DNA of 64,000 nt from Octopus sinensis (GCF_006345805.1 NC_043000.1:101928001-101992000); one strand, 5' to 3'; positions 13,118 through 25,750 are shown, counted from the stretch's first letter. Made by a program: numbers and translations. Notes: generated by a model from the letters alone, not told the origin.

Positions 13118-13125
13118 TGAGTGAA

Positions 13126-13365
13126 CGCACGTGGGCTAATGGGTAGAGTGTTGCATTCACGGTCGGAAGATGTGATTTCAATTTCCTGATAGGACAGTGC
13201 TTTGTGTTCTTGAGCAAAACACTTGATTTCTCTTTGCTCTGAGATCACTTCCTCTGGCATATGACATGCCGTGTCCCCGTACAGGCAATATCGGTTCGAT
13301 GAAGGGAGTAAGCTAATGTACAGCATAAGCAAATGATCACTGTAAACAGTGATCATTTTTTCGTC
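13126..13365 (+). mobile_element. tRNA-derived SINE type C, diverged
   Basis: gcacgtgggctaatgggtagagtg head; ttgtgttcttgagcaaaacactt shared with 20130-20375. Confidence 0.7.
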
Positions 13366-13804
13366 TATGTTAAAAAAGTCATTTGTTCGTCTATGACAGG
13401 AAAGTGCACGATACATACGTATGTACATTATAAAACACTATAAAAGATATCCACTGATTAACAGCACACATTTTTTTATATCGTGCTATTAAACTTAAAA
13501 GTGTAATATTGATTCGGTGCCATATCCATAAAAGAAATGAATTTGCATAGATATACGTTGGTTAAGATTTTCAGAGCAAAATATTAAGAATACAAAAGGA
13601 AAAGTCTCACTGATATTTCAAAATTCCATTACGTTCTACAAATGTTTTCACAGTTAAAATATAAATATCATGTATATAATTATTGCGTAATTAATATCTA
13701 AAATTATGTAATTTGAATGAGATGAAGTAAAATTCAAATATGCCGATTAAAGCATTGTTGCTGTTTAAAATATGGGAGACGTGAAAAATACCCCCCACAC
13801 ACAC

Positions 13805-13950
13805 CTGGCTTCTTACAGTTTCCGTCTATCAAATCCACTCATAATGCTTTGGTCGGCCTGAGGCATGCACTTGCCTAAGGTGCCTCGCAGACTGAACCTG
13901 GAACCATGTGGTTGGGAAACAATTCTTACCGCACACCTACGCCTGCGCCA
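13805..13950 (-). mobile_element. SINE type A, 5' half
   Basis: Reverse complement of head: gaaccatgtggttgggaaac...ccgcacacctacgcctgcgcc. Confidence 0.8.
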
Positions 13951-14050
13951 TCATATCACACTCCCATACAGTATGGAAGGATGTGTGTGAATGTATACAC
14001 ACACACACACAGATATCTTTATACCTACATATGTATAAATGTACATAGAA

Positions 14051-14260
14051 AGGCGACGAGCGGGCAGAAACGTTAGAACATCGGGCGAAATGCTTAGAGG
14101 TATTTCGTCTGTCTATACGCTCTGAGTTCAAATTCCACCGAGGTCGACTTTGCCTTTCATCATTTCCGGGTCGATAAATTAAGTACCAGTTGCAATCTGG
14201 CGGTACTCTAATCGACTGGCTTCCTCTCCTAAAATTTCGAGCTTTGTGCCTAGAGTAAAA
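14051..14260 (+). mobile_element. SINE type B
   Basis: cgggcgaaatgcttagaggtatttcgtctg...gaggtcgactttgcctttcat...aaaatttcgagctttgtgcctagag. Confidence 0.85.
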
Positions 14261-14295
14261 CAGAAATGTACATAGAAATACGCAAATATACACAC

Positions 14296-14346
<51 letters not shown>

Positions 14347-15964
14347 TTGTGTGTGTGTGTGTGTATGTGTGTGTGAGTGTAGCTGCAGCTTGTAAACACA
14401 TGCTTAAACTGCCGCGCTGCGGGACTGAACACAAAACAAAGTGGTCGTGAAGCGAATTTCTTAACCACACAAAGCGTTTCAGTGAGTACTGGATACATTC
14501 GTAACCAATGTGTACTGCCATACTAGTTATTATACTCTGGGAAACTAATTGCAAATAATAATGTGTTTGCGTCTGCTGTATGCGTGTGTGGTTTTATTTT
14601 CTTATACCATTCGCAATAACACAATTCCACCTGAAGTCACAGAATAAACTCAATTTTTAAATCCATAGTCATATGGAAAACTTAACATTATACGGTTTTC
14701 CTTCACTTTAAGTTTTCCTATTCTTTAGCATATTACACTCGCCGACAAAACTTGGCCATCACATCGCCCATTGTTAATGTTGCAGATACAATCATACATA
14801 TATTCATACATTGTGTATGTTTCTGCGTACATATGTGTAGGTAAGTATAGATGTGTGTATAAATATGTACTCATGCATATTATGTGTGTGTCTTTCTTGA
14901 GATGAATTTTTGCAACATTTCTAAGGTTGCTTAGAAACTATGAAGTGAGTAAATACATACATGTTGTCTAGCATAAACCAAAACAAACAAAAGATGATAT
15001 AAACCAATTAAAAATTTTATTTATGGTATTTGCTTGTTTTCTCTTTCTCCTTTATCTCGCATTTTGGCTGTAAGTTTTAAAATTCATTCTTTTTTTTTCT
15101 CAACTGTTGAATTTCTCTTTCCCTCGAGTCAAAGAAATGCATTATCATATTAATGATAATAATAATAATAATTCTCATCGTTTTTGCTATTGTTGTTCTT
15201 GGTATTTTTATTGTTATACTTGTTATTATTGTTAAACACACCTGCTAAAAATGCCTGACTGCGTAATTTCTTCAGATCGCAATATTTGAACAAGTTTTAT
15301 AAAGATTAAATAGAAATCCATTTCTTGGAGTCTTTTTCCCCCTCTTTTAGCTCTGTTCTTAAGCTTTTCGTTCTTTCTTGTTTTCCAACTGATTATTATT
15401 ATTATTTGTATTATCATTATTATATTATTGCTATTGTTATTATTGATACTGTTTCTGTTGTGTTACGTTATGTAGTTACTTATTTACTTTGATACGTTGA
15501 AAGAAAGACACACAGAACATACGAAGTTAACAGATTACATCTGCAAGGAACATGTGGATGAAAAACAAAACTATTACAATCAAAGTGTATGTAGTAATAT
15601 ACACTAATACAAAGTTTCTTTTGATCAAATCATCACCATAGACCAACAGGCGGGGGATCGTTTTTAGTACTGCAGGTGAATTCTGAGTGCTGTTCTTTCT
15701 CATTTTATAATAGCCAGTGTGCGAAAAGTTCGTTCGCTATGCAAAAAATTTCCCTTGACAAATGAATAATAAGTATCAATTATTAATTACTACATTGGCA
15801 ACTAACCTTCTGTGCACTCAGTTTCTTGTGAGCATATTAATTTCTGGTATATTCTGAATGTTAGACGTGTGTGCGCACGACCGTATATATTTTTGGAGAG
15901 AATAGCACTTACGGGAATGGATATGCGCTTAAAAGATGATTATTAAATTTTGTAATTAATCTTT

Positions 15965-16240
15965 AACTTGTTTCAGTCAATGGACCGCGGCCATGCTGGG
16001 GCACCGCCTTGATGGCTTTAGTCAGGTACTTATTCTATCAGTCTCTTTTGGCAAAACAGCTAGCTGAAAAACACCAGTTGTCAAGATATTGTGTGTGTGG
16101 GAGGAGGACTTACACAAACACACAGATATATGGAATTTCACACTGTTTCCGCCTTCCAAATTTATGCACAAGGCATTGGTCGGCCCGAGGCTAAAACAGA
16201 AGACACTTAACCATAATGTCACGCAGTGGGACTAAGCATG
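15965..16240 (-). mobile_element. SINE type A
   Basis: cttgtttcagtcaatggaccgcggccatgctggggcaccgcc...ttggtcggcccgaggct. Confidence 0.8.
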
Positions 16241-17109
16241 AAGCTGCACCATTGCCATTGTGGAGGTGGACACACTTTAAGCTCTGCTTTGAGCTATCGA
16301 TGAACAATCGTCATTCAATTTTGTAGATCGGAATTCCCATTTCCTCCAGTAAACCTGGTTGTTATAGCAATACACAAACCTTAGGTCACTCGAAAGCACT
16401 TAGATCAAAAGTAGAATACCTCCGCTTCTTTTTCAAGTAAGATCTCATCCAGTCTTGATGCCTTGGAGGGAGATTTGAAGCTAACTATAGGTTCCATCCC
16501 TTTCAAAACTCAACTTAAAATATCAGATCTGAAATATTCTCACTTCTTATCAATAAAATAATACACGCAATCAGCTGACCAGTCCTATTACTATCAGTCA
16601 AACAATACAACTGTGCTTATTCAAAGAGTAACCTGCAGAAAAAGAAACTTGACTTGATAGAAGAAAACTGACTGTAGTTTTAATTGAACTGAATGGCAAT
16701 CATGTTCAAAATTGTTGCCTATTTGTGCATTCTCGGTTCAATTTCCACAAAGATCGAATTAATCTTGCATTCTTCCAGGCCAATTAAATAAGTACGAATT
16801 AAATGCTGGAATCAATATAATTCAACTGTACTCGGCCTCCAAATTTGAGACCTTACGTTTGTTGGTCTTCCTCTCCGTGTTGTACACTTAAAATTGTTTA
16901 ACTTGCTGCATTAATGTATCGGCACCTTATTCTTTAATAAGTTTATCATGTTACTGAATTTTGTGCGTTTCCAATATCTTGTTCTAAGTCTTTATATTTA
17001 GAGAATACCTGTATTTCTTTTGCTGTAAACAATATATAACCATGTCCATTTTTCTTAGTGATTCCTTTAGCTCTCTTTCATTGTAGAAATCTATGCTTTT
17101 AATGATTCT

Positions 17110-17297
17110 TTCAAATTTGGGTACCAGCTCCAAACATTTGAGGGGGAGATAAAAGTCGATGTAATCGACCCTACTTACTTGACTTCTACCCATTTTATCA
17201 ATCTTAGCACAATTTGAACTCATAACGTAAAGAGTCTGAAGAAATGGCGCTAAGCATTTCGTCCGACGCACTAACGATTCTACCAGCTCGCCGCTTT
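17110..17297 (-). mobile_element. SINE type B
   Basis: gctaagcatttcgtccgacgcactaacgattctaccagctcgccgc is the reverse-complement head. Confidence 0.8.
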
Positions 17298-17970
17298 TTC
17301 ATGTTTCGCGTAAGACTGAAATATGTTCAAACTGCCTTTTGAACTTATTGAATTATATATACTGATAAAATTCATCAACTTGTTTTCTGTTACTAATTAC
17401 ATCAAATATGTAAACACTTAACTGTTGTTTTTGTTGCAGATGAAGTGTCGGAAATATTGTCTATACATTTATGTTTAAAGATTCTCAGATTCTTTCTGAG
17501 CTATAGATTTTTGTTGCAATTAAAATCTTTGTGCTATTTTGTTTTCGTTTCATTGACCCTTAACAAGAACATCCAAAACGATTCCTTTTTGCATCTATGT
17601 ACGAGCTGATGATGACTGGATCTATTGAATATTTTTGTTAGTTATAACTTAACTCTATAACGCTTGATTTATCAGTATAAATCGTATATATTGGTTTGAT
17701 TTAGCGTATTTAAAAGGCAAGGAGTATATTTGATGTAAAAAGATCAGATTTTCTTACCCATACATACGCGATTACTATCACGTGTTCTACGTATAACAAT
17801 TGAATAACTGAATGTGTGGCGCTTCTTTTGGTGGATGAGGGAGCATTATTCGGTTTTGTATTGCGATAGAATTATGAATATTTTTCATTTTATATTGTTA
17901 TGCTGCTTTCCTTTAGTTTTCTTGACTATCAGAAACAGGAACCTCAGAGTAACGTCGAAAGTAGCTTCAG

Positions 17971-18009
<39 letters not shown>

Positions 18010-18625
18010 CAATTAAGATTCAGCTGAATTAGGTACTTAAATTGAGGCACGACAACTGTACCTCATTGTTGCTCACTTATATTTTATGTATGTATGTATA
18101 TACGTATGTATGTATTCTCGTACATATATGCAAATATACACATTAGTAATTTGGCAATAACTGCGATATACAATTGTTGCATGTAATAATGTTATTCATA
18201 TACAAAGAATTCTAAGAGCTCGTTCAATCTAATTTTCTTGTTTCCCGCTATAAGAATCATTAATAATTAACAATATGAGTTATATGGCTAACAATAGTTC
18301 TCGAAGACATATTGAGGTTTCATTCTGTATAAATAAAAAGATATTTGATTGTGAAAGTATTAAAACTTCACTGCTAATAGGCTTATATTTCAAAGTAAAT
18401 ATTCCTCAAATGTACAGCGAAGAAGGTCAGTTATGTAATAAAGATAGAGTAAAATATAGATTTGAATGTTTGAAAAGTGTACATTGTCTTATAAAGTAAG
18501 CACCACTTTTATAATTTTATATATACATTTCTGATAATGAAGCCATAGGAAAAGTTTCTACACCAGGCATAGGAAATCTTTTTAGTACCAAGGGACAATC
18601 ATGAATGCAAAATACCTTTGAAAAG

Positions 18626-19501
18626 TATTGGGTTGAGGAATAATTCATGAGCGTTTTTTTTTTCTCAATTTAAAAGATGCACGCAGAAATAAAACTCACT
18701 GACAAAATGTTTTGTGTTATTTAAAAGAAAAGTTTTTGCTCTACAAGATAGTGTGTTTTGATTTTTTAATTTTATTGATTTTTTGTGTATTTTTAGATCA
18801 TTAAAATGAAGTGTCAAGTGGACAAAACTGAGCATTTTCGGCACCATTGCTTTTTACATTTAACTGAGGTATCAAGGCCACCGAAGCTGCTCGAGAGATT
18901 TGTACTACGTATGGAGAAGGAGCAATGCCTCGAAGTACCGCTCGCCGTTGGTTTTCCTGCTTCAAAAATGGGAATTTTTACCTCAAGGACGGATCACACA
19001 CCAGTCAACCAATTGAGTTCGATGAAGTGCGATTGAATCAACTTTTTCACTAAAATCCACGTCGAACGACCAGAGAATTGCTGGAGCAGATGGATTGTGA
19101 TAAAAAAAAACTGTGGTGAACTACCTTCATTCAATGGGTTCAGAAACTCCCCAATATGACCAAAGCCGCGATTCAAGAACTCGAATGGGAAGTGCTGCCT
19201 CGTCCTCCATATTCTCCAGACTTGACGCCGTCAAATTTTTATCTCTTGCGATCGCTTTCGAACGCGTTGCGCTGTGTGTCGTTCAATAATGACGTGGAAT
19301 TGAGGGCTTGGTTGGACGAATTCTTTGAGTCAAGACGGGGAGATTTCTATCGGGGAGGCATGGAATGACTTATTGAACGATGAGAGAAAGTCGTAAACAA
19401 CAACGGGGAGCATATTATTGAATAATTTGATTTTTTTTTTGTTTTCTTTTTAAAATAAATTTGAAAAAAAAACCGCTCATGAATTATTCCTCAACCCAAT
19501 A
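18626..19501 (+). mobile_element. Mariner transposon, internally deleted non-autonomous copy
   Basis: Perfect 28-nt inverted repeats including TA (tattgggttgaggaataattcatgagcg); N-terminus MKCQVDKTEHFRH...; C-terminus WEVLPRPPYSPDLTPSN; deletion junction near 19150. Confidence 0.95.
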
Positions 19502-20129
19502 TTTGTATTGAGAGAAATAACAATGAAGCACAATAACAGTTAAACATGTGATTGCATTAGCAGCATGAATTAAAATGTTATAAGATGCTAATTCGCCAGT
19601 GTTATAACGCTTTAGATAACGAAAGACCAAAACCACCGCGGGGTATGTTTTACTTGGAATATTAATGGTCAAATCTACTTATCTTTGAGGACTAGAAGAT
19701 GTTAAATGAGATTGATAATGCGGCAAATTCTCAGATGGGTGCAAAATAATTATTATCCGAAAGCAGGTAAAATTTTATGTCGAGAAAATATTCCTTTATC
19801 GTAAATCGTAGAAATCAATGATCCAATTTTCACTGCGGGATTCTTTGAGATTTAATATTTTTAGATATCTACTAAGGATCCATAAAACTGAAAAAAAACA
19901 AAAACTATTAAATTTGAATATCAAAGTATTATCCAATTGTAAATTAATTCATTCTAGTTGCAAAGAATCGAGAACTTAGCATTAAATCAAATACAGTTAC
20001 GCTTATATATAGTTTGAGCTCATAATTTTGTCAATCTCGAAATCCCTTTTGAAATTGATCCAACAGAATGAAACATTATATAAACATTATATATACATTA
20101 TATATGGAGTATATACAATACTACATTAT

Positions 20130-20375
20130 GTGGAGGCACGTGGCTTAGTGATTAGAGTGTCAGCACCATGATCGTAAGGTTGTGGTTTCGATACCTGGAC
20201 CGGGCAACGCGTTGTGTTCTTGAGCAAAACACTTCATTTCACGTTGCTCCGGTCCGCTCAGCTGGCAAAAATGAGTAACGCTGAGATGGACTGGCGTCCC
20301 GTCCAGCGGGGGAATACATACGCCATAGAAACCGGGAAACCGGGCTCATGAGCCTGGCTAGGCTTTAAAAAAAAA
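20130..20375 (+). mobile_element. tRNA-derived SINE type C with probable 12-bp TSD
   Basis: Head ggaggcacgtggcttagtgattagag; tail gatggactggcgtcccgtccag...gaaaccgggaaaccggg; atactacattat at 20118-20129 and 20398-20409. Confidence 0.85.
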
Positions 20376-20429
20376 GGCGTAGTTTTAAATTTTATATATA
20401 CTACATTATATATGTAGTATATACTACGT

Positions 20430-20990
20430 TACAGACTCTAGCTCCTGCTGTTTCGGTGTTGGAAAAATGTAGCATGCTGTATTCTTTTCCAGTCGAACTA
20501 CGAACAGCATTGATATTGGCAAGAAGAAGGCAATAGCCTCATCCAGTCCTTGTGTTTTCAAATTTAGGTGATTTGTGTGATTCGTAAAATTGAAATAAAA
20601 CGTCAAATTTTGTAACCCTTTTTTTCATCATCTAATCTCATTATGCGAATGCCTTTAATGTCTATGAAAAAGTGTCACTTCAGCATTCAGCTCATAGAAG
20701 ATTTGATTATGTACACTTTGCTTAACCAGAGAACCTCGCAAGGATACAATAAATCATAGTTATTTTGCATTCGAACTTTCTTGAAACTTTTCGATATTTG
20801 ATGCCCATTTGTCTGATAGAGTGATGGGATAAGACCGGACATGCTTTGCCTCGCAAAAACTGCAGAATCTGTTCATAGGTATTGCAAGCTCTTCTAAATC
20901 CATCGCAATACTGAGAGGTTTTCTATATCATCGCTGTGTATCGCAGATTCAAAAGTTTCGCCCTTAGCATGGATGGGCAGCGAGGAGTGA
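20430..20990 (-). mobile_element. hAT (Buster/Charlie-like) transposase fossil
   Basis: Broken frames give YDLLYPCEVLWLSK (cf. LLYHTEVRWLSRG) and NHLNLKTQG...IFPT (cf. LN.LNL.LQG...FP). Confidence 0.65.
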
Positions 20991-21082
20991 GGTAGTTCTT
21001 ACCTTCACTTTGGTTATTATACTCTGTTGGAATTATACAACCTTTGTTTCAATTAATTTTCAACATAATGTATTCAGCAGTA

Positions 21083-21505
21083 GGTGCAGGTGTGGCTGTG
21101 TGGTAAGTAGCTTGCTTACCAACCACATGGTTCCGGGTTCAGTCCCACTGCGTGGCACCTTGGGCAAAGTGTCTTCTGTTCTGCTATAGCCTCGGGCCGA
21201 CCAAAGCCTTGTGGGTGGATTATTAATGGAAACTGAAAGAAGCCTGTCGTATATATGTCTATATTTGTATGTGTGTGTGTGTGTGTATATATATATGTGT
21301 GTGTGTGTGTTTGTGTGTCTGTGTTTGTCCCCCCAACATTGCTTAACAACCGATGCTGGTGTGTTTATATTCCCGTAACTTAGCAGTTACGATAAAATAA
21401 GTACTGGGATTACAAAGAATAAGTCCTGGGGTCGATTTGCTCGACTAAAAGGCGGTGCTCCAGCATGGTCGCATTCAAATGACTGAAACAAGTAAAAGAG
21501 TAAAA
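21083..21505 (+). mobile_element. SINE type A, full length
   Basis: Same head, internal (TG)/(TA) tract and tail as 3641-4036. Confidence 0.92.
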
Positions 21506-22249
21506 TGACTTTATCATTTCGATGTTTGAAACATGGATTAACTCGAAATTTTAATGGAAAGACTTAATTTGAAACAAGTGTGTATCTTAAATCCAGGAGC
21601 TGTCTCATGCAGGTTGGTATTAAAACATTTCATTACATTATTGATTCCCTAAGAATAATCACATGCTTTTTGTTGGCTAAAAAGAAATGGCATGGTATTA
21701 AGGAGATATTTATTTTCGATTTCTAACATGTCAACCAACTACGAAGGGTTTCTATCATTAAATCGTTGCATTGTGCAGTCTAGTGTTTGTTATTTCGTTG
21801 TTGATATTTCTGTTCCTGCTGCTGTTATTTAACTCCAAGTCACTTCTGAGAGAGCAGAACTATGACCAAAGGTATATCAGTCGCGATTTTTTTTCTTTTG
21901 GTTTTGCCAGATCTTCCTACTATTTTAGGATGTACAGTGTGGTTTGCGGAAGAAGTATCTATTTCTAGCAGGTTAGCTGACCAGTGATAGGCTCGGCAGT
22001 ATAATTTTACTGTAGTGTAATATTATTTAGTCGGCTATAGTGTACTTAACATCTTGCATTAGAGAGTTGAATACACTGAAACAAGCTGCGCTGAACATTA
22101 TAATGTAAACCTAGACATTGATTTATAAAATGTCATCTTTAAATGACAATGTATTTATTATCTTCGTAAATAATCCAGAGAAGTTGGAATGGAAAGAAAC
22201 TACTTAAAACTAGAACAATTGCAATATATTATATCTTTGTTGATTTTAC

Positions 22250-22361
22250 ATATATATGAATATATATATATACATATATGTATACATATATATACATATA
22301 TATACATATTCATATATATATATACACACACGTTTATATATACACACATATTTTCACCCAC

Positions 22362-22411
<50 letters not shown>

Positions 22412-22498
22412 TACATACATATATATATATATATATATACATACATATATATTATATATATATATATACATATATATACATACATACATCATACATAC

Positions 22499-22535
<37 letters not shown>

Positions 22536-22557
22536 CATACATACATACATACATACA

Positions 22558-22588
<31 letters not shown>

Positions 22589-22600
22589 CATACACGTATA
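22250..22600. repeat. (AT)n/(CATA)n microsatellite
   Basis: Direct reading. Confidence 0.95.
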
Positions 22601-22619
22601 TATTTGGATACATACATCT

Positions 22620-23015
22620 TTTTCTTTCACCTTTTATTTGTTTCAAACGTTAGACTGCAGCCATGCTGGGGCACAATATTGAAGGGTTTTCGTCGAACAA
22701 ATCGACCCCAGTACATCCAGTACTTATTTTGTAGAGCCTGGTACTTATTCTATCGGTCACGCATACCGAACCGCTAAGTTGCAGAGATATAAACAAATCA
22801 ACACCGTTTGCCTAGCGGTGGTGGAGGAAAACACAAGTTCAGATTGTGTGTGTGTGTACACTAACAACGAGCTTCTTTCAGTTCCGTCTAGGAAAACCTC
22901 TAGAAATGCTTTTGTTGGGCTGGGGCAATAGTAGGAACCAGTTACCCAAGATACCACGACGTGGGACTGAACCTGGAACTGTTGGGAAAGAAGCTTCTTA
23001 CCACACAGCCATGCT
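22620..23015 (-). mobile_element. SINE type A
   Basis: gcagccatgctggggcac...accgctaagttgc...gtgggactgaacctggaac...cttaccacacagccatgc. Confidence 0.85.
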
Positions 23016-23038
23016 TATCTATCTATCTATCCATATAT

Positions 23039-23070
<32 letters not shown>

Positions 23071-23149
23071 ATATATATATATATATCATATTGGTGAATA
23101 AATGTAAATTAATGCTGTTAAAATAAATGTATAGCCTTCTTTCAGTGCA

Positions 23150-23400
23150 TGTCAAATTCAATGTTAGCCAGATTTTAGATGGAAAAGCAATGGAAATGTT
23201 TGCAATTATCTTACCAGTACTTTTGTTCAAAATTGAAAAGGCTGTCAAAGAATGTTATATTTCTCCGTAAGACAAGGTTTACAGTCTCTGTAACAATAAG
23301 CTTGGAAGACGCACATTCTATAATGGATTAGTTGACCTTGGGTGTCTTCAAGAAAGTTCCATGTCTATGCTTATTTCAGGCCTTCCTACAGAGACGAGAT
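23150..23400 (-). mobile_element. Penelope-like GIY-YIG C-terminal remnant
   Basis: TWNFLED...CKPCLTEKYNIL...LNKST resembles the Penelope W.LKD...C.LCL.EK..I...LN.R.E motif. Confidence 0.45.
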
Positions 23401-23521
23401 CTATTCACTACCATGTAGATAGTGATGAATAGGCGAATGCGTGGTGCCTTTATTAACGTTTTGCGGATTTGAACAACTCAAATCTTGATGTAATGATATC
23501 GGTGAGATTGATGCTATAAAC

Positions 23522-23715
23522 CAGTGGTTCTCAACTGGGGTACATATGACAGTGTGTGTGCGTGTGTGTGGGGGTCCATGTATAATTTTTGTGGCTAAAA
23601 TTTATGTGGAAATAATTATTTATACTTCTACAATGTACAAAATAGTTTAACAATTTTCAAAAAATACAATTCTTAATAATCTACTTATAAAAAATACTAT
23701 AGAATTTACATTATT
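23522..23715 (+). mobile_element. hAT-like MITE left end (truncated)
   Basis: Starts cagtggttctcaac, a Charlie-type TIR; no matching right TIR seen. Confidence 0.5.
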
Positions 23716-24950
23716 TACAACTGATGGTAGAAAGAAGTTGACAAGAGCTTGGGTCTGCGAGTTGCCACCCGGGATAGAACCCGAGTGGATAGAGGATACT
23801 ATCTGCCGGGGTCTGGGTGGCAGCGGATCCATGCTGCTTAATGTTAAAATTTTGCCGGCGGCTGATTGGGTTGGGTCAAAAGCTGTTTTGACCCTGTGGA
23901 CCCAATCAGCCAAGAATCTGGTTTATCCAGATTTTTTTTAAATGGCCGGTTGCAGGTACCCGGTGATTCTTGAGGAACGCCCACCCCAAGTGTCACCTGT
24001 GCCTGGAACCGGGCCACATCAAAAAGAACTGTCCCTAGGACCAGAGAAGGGTTCTGGAACAGTTGGTTGTGGAAAAGCCCCTTCCTCCTCCGGAGGGCGA
24101 GATGGAGGTAGTCAAGGAGGTAGAAACCTCCCCGAAAAAAAGGGGAAAAGGAAGAAGGTGCGCAACAATGGTTGCTCAATGAAGGACCCTAAAGCTGCGG
24201 GAGGGAGAGATGATCCTCCGGTTAAAGCACAGGAACCACCCCCTCCCGTATCAAAGACAAGAAAAAAAAGAAAAAGAATGGGACAGTGCCGGCGGTTAGC
24301 AGGACACTACCGGCACGTCCCGAACCCTCGTCGGTGGGAATTTTTCTACCGACGGAGGAAACTGTGGCCCCTCCCAATATAATAAATGAAGAATTTGTGA
24401 TCTTCTTTCTCAAGAGAGGGGACGTAGAGAAATTTGTGAGGAATCTGGAAGGTCGGGAACAGGCGGCCTTGAACTGCAGTGAAAGCCTGGATTAGTCTCC
24501 GCAGGTGGCTGCATAAGTCATGGAGGAAAATTATTTCTACAGGGTGATGGATTCCTTTACCAAAGATAAATATAATTATCTCTTATGGGACCCCGGCTTG
24601 CGACTGCAGGCGGCAAGAGACTTAATCGGGTGGTAGAGTAAGAGGTCTTAGTGCCTCGATTCGAACATGGAGATTGGTAAGAGGTTTAGCGCCTGAAGTT
24701 GAATATACTTTGCTGGACTTTATTTTTTATTGGTAAGAGGCTCAGTGCCTCAATTTGTAATTGCTGTAAGAGGTTCAACACCTCATTTGTGTTTTTAAAA
24801 AAGAACAATGTTATCGGGAAGTAACAATCGGCGGGCGTCGATTGCTTCCCCCACCAACCATCTCTTTTTTCATTTCATCATTGTGTCTGTGTCCAGCCCG
24901 CAAAGCTTCCATCTGTATTATGCATTTATGGCAAATGTAATGAAATAAAC
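23715..24950 (+). mobile_element. gag/ORF1-only non-LTR retroposon (copy a), 5'-truncated
   Basis: Disrupted ORF with CCHC knuckle CHLCLEPGHIKKNC (23991-24032), basic/proline linker, C-terminal domain, then structured 3' UTR ending aatgaaataaac; no RT or endonuclease between ORF and tail. Confidence 0.75.
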
Positions 24951-25069
24951 AAGCTAACTTCCCAGCCACATGGTTCCGAGTTCGGCTCCACTGCGTGATA
25001 CCCCTCTCCCTCTCTCATCAAACACACACACACACACATGTACATACAAAGATATATATATATATTCCG

Positions 25070-25197
25070 CCGAGGTCGACTTTGCCTTTCATTCTTTCGG
25101 TGTCGATAAATAAAGTACCAGTTTCGCACTGGGGTCGATGTAATCGACTTAATCCTTTTGTCTGTTCTTATTTGTCCCCTCTGTGGGCAATAAAGAT
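25070..25197 (+). mobile_element. Truncated SINE-B-derived unit
   Basis: ccgccgaggtcgactttgcctttcat...ttgtcccctctgtgggcaataaag. Confidence 0.8.
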
Positions 25198-25331
25198 ATA
25201 TATATATATATACGAAAGAAGGTTTGAAAATGCAATTTTAAAAGATGTTTATTTACTTTACCAGTTTCACTCTTTGGAAAAGATTGTCAAAAGTAACATG
25301 TAGAAGTTTGGTTGCGTTAATTATTGGTTGT

Positions 25332-25750
25332 TACAAAATGCTACATTACATATATACAGTCTTTGGTAACAAGGAAATGTTAAGGACATAAAAAAGTTTA
25401 ACAAGTTCCTTAAAATATTGGGCACAAAAGATTACAACATAAATAATCATTCTCAAGAACATGTTAAAGATAGTTTCCAGAAGAAATTATTGAAAAGTTC
25501 AGTGGGATATTGGTATTGTATCTGTATATTCAAACACGCACAGAATATTGGTTGACACAGAGTACTACAATACATATATATACATTTTTGGTGACAAGAG
25601 CATGTTAAGAACATAAAAAAGTTTAACAAGTTCATTGAAATATTGGGCACAAAAGATTACAACAAATATATTATACATTCTCAAGATAATTTCCAGAAGG
25701 AATTATTAAAAAGTTCAGTGGAATATTGGTATACACGCACAGAATATTAT
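25332..25750 (+). repeat. Diverged tandem duplication, ~230-bp unit
   Basis: atgttaag.acataaaaaagtttaacaagttc...aatattgggcacaaaagattacaaca occurs at ~25378 and ~25602. Confidence 0.8.

Noticed and set aside
15232-15417. Possible first exon MDFYLIFIKLVQ... with donor cag|gtgtgt (minus)
   Set aside because: Short, no homology or partner exon; expected by chance.
24638-24784. CRISPR-like repeat-spacer appearance
   Set aside because: Eukaryotic context, imperfect 19-20-nt repeats, irregular short spacers and no cas genes; reported instead as a UTR hairpin array.
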